64,000 nt of DNA from Bryobacterales bacterium (GTDB lineage Bacteria > Acidobacteriota > Terriglobia > Bryobacterales > UBA6623). The translations under genes and the position numbers were made by a program. Below the pieces are notes generated by a model that saw only the letters and a list, made by a program, of their open reading frames with translations, was not told where the DNA came from and made no database searches. The first letter of the stretch is position 1, and every line of letters begins with the position of its first letter. The DNA is taken from NCBI GenBank assembly GCA_963422375.2, contig OY729428.2, positions 2,816,001 to 2,880,000 of the forward strand, given 5' to 3'. This document shows, one piece after another, positions 61,499 to 64,000 of the stretch.

Positions 61499-62967
61499 CT
61501 CGACGGCGCGAGTTTCTGGGACTCGGCCTAGGCGCCGTCCTCCCCTCCCCGGCCGCCGGGGACTTCAACGTGCTGTTCATCGCGGTGGACGACCTGCGGC
61601 CCGAACTGGGCTGCTACGGCAATCGCGTCGTCCGCTCGCCGAACCTGGACCGGCTGGCCGGCCGCAGCCTGACCTTCCGGCGGGCGTACTGCCAGTCCCC
61701 GGTCTGCGGGCCCTCGCGAGCCTCCCTGCTGACCGGCCTGCGACCGGACACGACGAGGGTCTGGGGCAACCGGACGCACTTCCGCGAGACCGTGCCCGAG
61801 GCGGTTACGGTGCCGCAGCGCTTCAAGCAGGCCGGCTACCGCACCGAGGCCCTCGGCAAGGTGCTGCACGGCAGAATGGACGACTCGCCCTCGTGGAGCG
61901 TCCCGGCCTGGCCCCCGGGGGGCCGCCAGGCCGGGATGCAGTACGTCGATGTCGACCAGCTCGCGGCCATGCGAGCGTCCCAGCCGGAGGCCGACCCTCT
62001 CGGCGGGGCCATCCCGACGCTCGAATGGAAGAAGAGGAAGTCGTGGCAGGCCCCGGACGTGCCGGACAACGCCCTGCAGGACGGCCAGGTCGCGGACCGG
62101 GCCGTCGAGACGCTGCGTAGGTCGAAAGGCGAGCGCTTCTTCCTCGCCGTGGGATTCCAGAAGCCCCACCTGCCGTTCACCGCCCCGAAGAAGTATTTCG
62201 ACCTGTACGACCCGGACGAGATCCCTGCGGCCAGGGAACCGCAGCGGCCGGTCGGCGCGCCAGAGATCGCCTTCACGCGCTGGCAGGAGCTGCGCGGATA
62301 TTCCGACATTCCCGGCGAGGGCCCCTTGCCCCCCGGCAAGGCCAGGGAACTGCGTCACGGGTATTACGCCGCAACCTCCTACATGGACGCCCAGGCCGGG
62401 CGGGTCCTGGACGAACTGGACAGCCTGGGGCTAGCCGCCAGCACGGTCGTGATTCTCTTCGGCGATCACGGCTGGCATCTGGGCGAGCAGGACCTCTGGG
62501 CCAAGACCATGAATTTCGAGTTGGACGCCCGCACACCCCTCATGGTTCACGTGCCCGGCATGCGAACGGGCGGACGTCCGTGCGACGCCTTAGTGGAGTT
62601 CGTCGACCTGTACCCGACTCTGTGCGAGGCATGCGGCATCGCGCCGCCGGACGGTCTCGAGGGCGCGTCGATGATGCCTCTGCTGACGGCACCCGGGCGC
62701 GATTGGAAGCGGGCGGCCTTCACCCAGATTCCGCGACCGTACCTCGCAGGCCCGACCTGGGAGCGGATGGGCTACAGCATGCGAACCGAGCGCTACCGCT
62801 ACACCGAGTGGGTGGATCGCGAGAGAGCGGTCACGGACCGCGAGCTGTACGACTTCGGGACGTCCCCGCTAGAGACCGTCAATCTCGCCGGGCGCGCCGA
62901 GCGCCGGCCCCTCGCGGAGCGCCTCTCCAGGCAGCTGCGCGCCGGTTGGCGCTCCGCCCTGCCCTGA
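61495..62967 (+). CDS. Sulfatase (iduronate-2-sulfatase-like) with Tat-like signal
   Basis: MTRRREFLGL (Tat-like); CGPSRASLLTG, KPHLPF, GDHGWHLGE; ATGA overlap with the previous gene. Confidence 0.9.
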   Translation: MTRRREFLGLGLGAVLPSPAAGDFNVLFIAVDDLRPELGCYGNRVVRSPNLDRLAGRSLTFRRAYCQSPVCGPSRASLLTGLRPDTTRVWGNRTHFRETVPEAVTVPQRFKQAGYRTEALGKVLHGRMDDSPSWSVPAWPPGGRQAGMQYVDVDQLAAMRASQPEADPLGGAIPTLEWKKRKSWQAPDVPDNALQDGQVADRAVETLRRSKGERFFLAVGFQKPHLPFTAPKKYFDLYDPDEIPAAREPQRPVGAPEIAFTRWQELRGYSDIPGEGPLPPGKARELRHGYYAATSYMDAQAGRVLDELDSLGLAASTVVILFGDHGWHLGEQDLWAKTMNFELDARTPLMVHVPGMRTGGRPCDALVEFVDLYPTLCEACGIAPPDGLEGASMMPLLTAPGRDWKRAAFTQIPRPYLAGPTWERMGYSMRTERYRYTEWVDRERAVTDRELYDFGTSPLETVNLAGRAERRPLAERLSRQLRAGWRSALP

Positions 62968-62991
62968 CGCCTCCGGCACCCCGAGACCGTG

Positions 62992-63569
62992 CTACCACGT
63001 GTCTACGTAGTGCCCGTGACAAAACTCGTATCCCCTTGACAACAAAGGGGTTAGGTGCAATCTCTCAAGGCGAAGATTTCGCTGGAATGTTACGACTAGG
63101 CCGAAATCCTGGCGATTCTGGGTAGAGGGCGGAAATCTTCGCGATTGGCGGCTGAGCAACTTCCGACCTTGGGCGCTATATGTTGTGTTTGCGGCTCCAT
63201 TCGACCTCAGGATGTAGTATGAAATGCTGATCGGGCCAGAATTCAGGGGTTTTGTCACAAGCACTACGTAGGGACGCTTCTTGGCCGCGCGGGGCGGAGC
63301 CGGCGGCACGGCTTCCAGCGTGCGAGCGATGCAGCGCCGGGTGTCAGCCGGGTCGATCACGTCGTCGAAGGCAAACGCGGCGCCGGCGTTGAGGGCCCGG
63401 CCCCGTTCGTAGGCCGCCTTCACGAGTTCGTTGTAGCGCTCGGTGCGGGCCTACGGGTCGCTGATCGCCGCCAGCTCGTTCCGGAAACCGAGCTTCATCT
63501 GGCCCTCCAGCCCCATGCCGCCGTGCTCGGCGGTCGGCCATGCGACGGTCAGGACCGGACGCTTCGTAT
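62992..63569 (-). pseudogene. Acyl-CoA carboxylase carboxyltransferase C-terminal fragment
   Basis: AWPTAEHGGMGLEG...DDVIDPADTR...KKRPYVDTW; in-frame TAG at 63451-63453, MITE at 63011-63263, IS1595 starting at 63570. Confidence 0.85.
63011..63263 (-). mobile_element. MITE copy 2 (253 bp)
   Basis: Same TIRs as copy 1 in opposite orientation; flanking direct repeat CTACGTAG. Confidence 0.9.
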
Positions 63570-64000
63570 GGGAATTATATATCTGAGTGCCGAGGCAACC
63601 GATTTTGCAAATTATCAGTCCATAAATTAATTTCATATTTCTTCCGGAGATCTGTTGACAGTCGGTGGAGTATTTTGATAGAATAGTTCCAATATATGAG
63701 GTCGTCTATGAAGCAGAAAGGTCCCGGGAAGTGGTTTCGTGAAGGCCTCACTCTGATTGACGTGATCGCCATGTTCCGCGATGACGAATCCGCGGAAAAG
63801 TGGTCGCCTCCATGCGCTGGCCCGACGGTCCGGTATGCCCCCGCTGCCGCGGCTCCAGCGTGCAGTCCGGCGCGGCCCACCCTTCGATGCCGTACCGTTG
63901 CCGCGGCTGCGGCAAGCGCTTTTCCGTGCGCACCGGCAGCGTGATGGCCGACACCAAGCTCGGCTACCGCACCCGGGCCGTCGCCCTGTTCCTGCTTACC
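63570..64000 (+). mobile_element. IS1595-family element, left end (partial, frameshifted transposase)
   Basis: TIR GGGAATTATATATCTGAGTGCCG; homologous to the element starting at 34955; 1-nt deletion near 63803. Confidence 0.9.

Overview
High-GC bacterial chromosomal window. Gene content suggests Acidobacteriota, but that is inference only. A housekeeping/catabolic backbone (waaC-like, msrA, lysA, mobA, ispG, tatAC, rsbVW-like, TRAP transporter, four sulfatases) is interleaved with decaying insertion sequences and a two-copy 253-bp MITE. The main system is a diversity-generating retroelement (DGR) on the minus strand, ordered target gene(VR) - HRDC pseudogene - avd - RT - template repeat (TR, 30015-30136) - structured spacer. 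The TR matches variable repeats in two genes about 30 kb apart (VR-A 32209-32330, VR-B 2450-2571), with 18/20 and 17/19 mismatches at TR adenines. Both targets are predicted single-pass receptor-like proteins: Ser/Thr kinase - TM helix - FGE-type C-type-lectin (CLec) domain. One of them has pseudokinase-like substitutions. A third paralogue absent from the ORF track (signal peptide - caspase-like C14 domain - shared helical linker - FGE/CLec) runs off the left edge and is a candidate third target. The DGR lies directly upstream of a partly decayed imuA-imuB-dnaE2 mutasome operon. Other notable items are an IS nested in another IS's terminal repeat, a large zinc metalloprotease gene cleanly split by an IS1595, a DeoC homologue lacking its catalytic residues, and two NYN-LOTUS proteins. 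No rRNA, tRNA or CRISPR array was recognised. All alignments and counts were done by eye.
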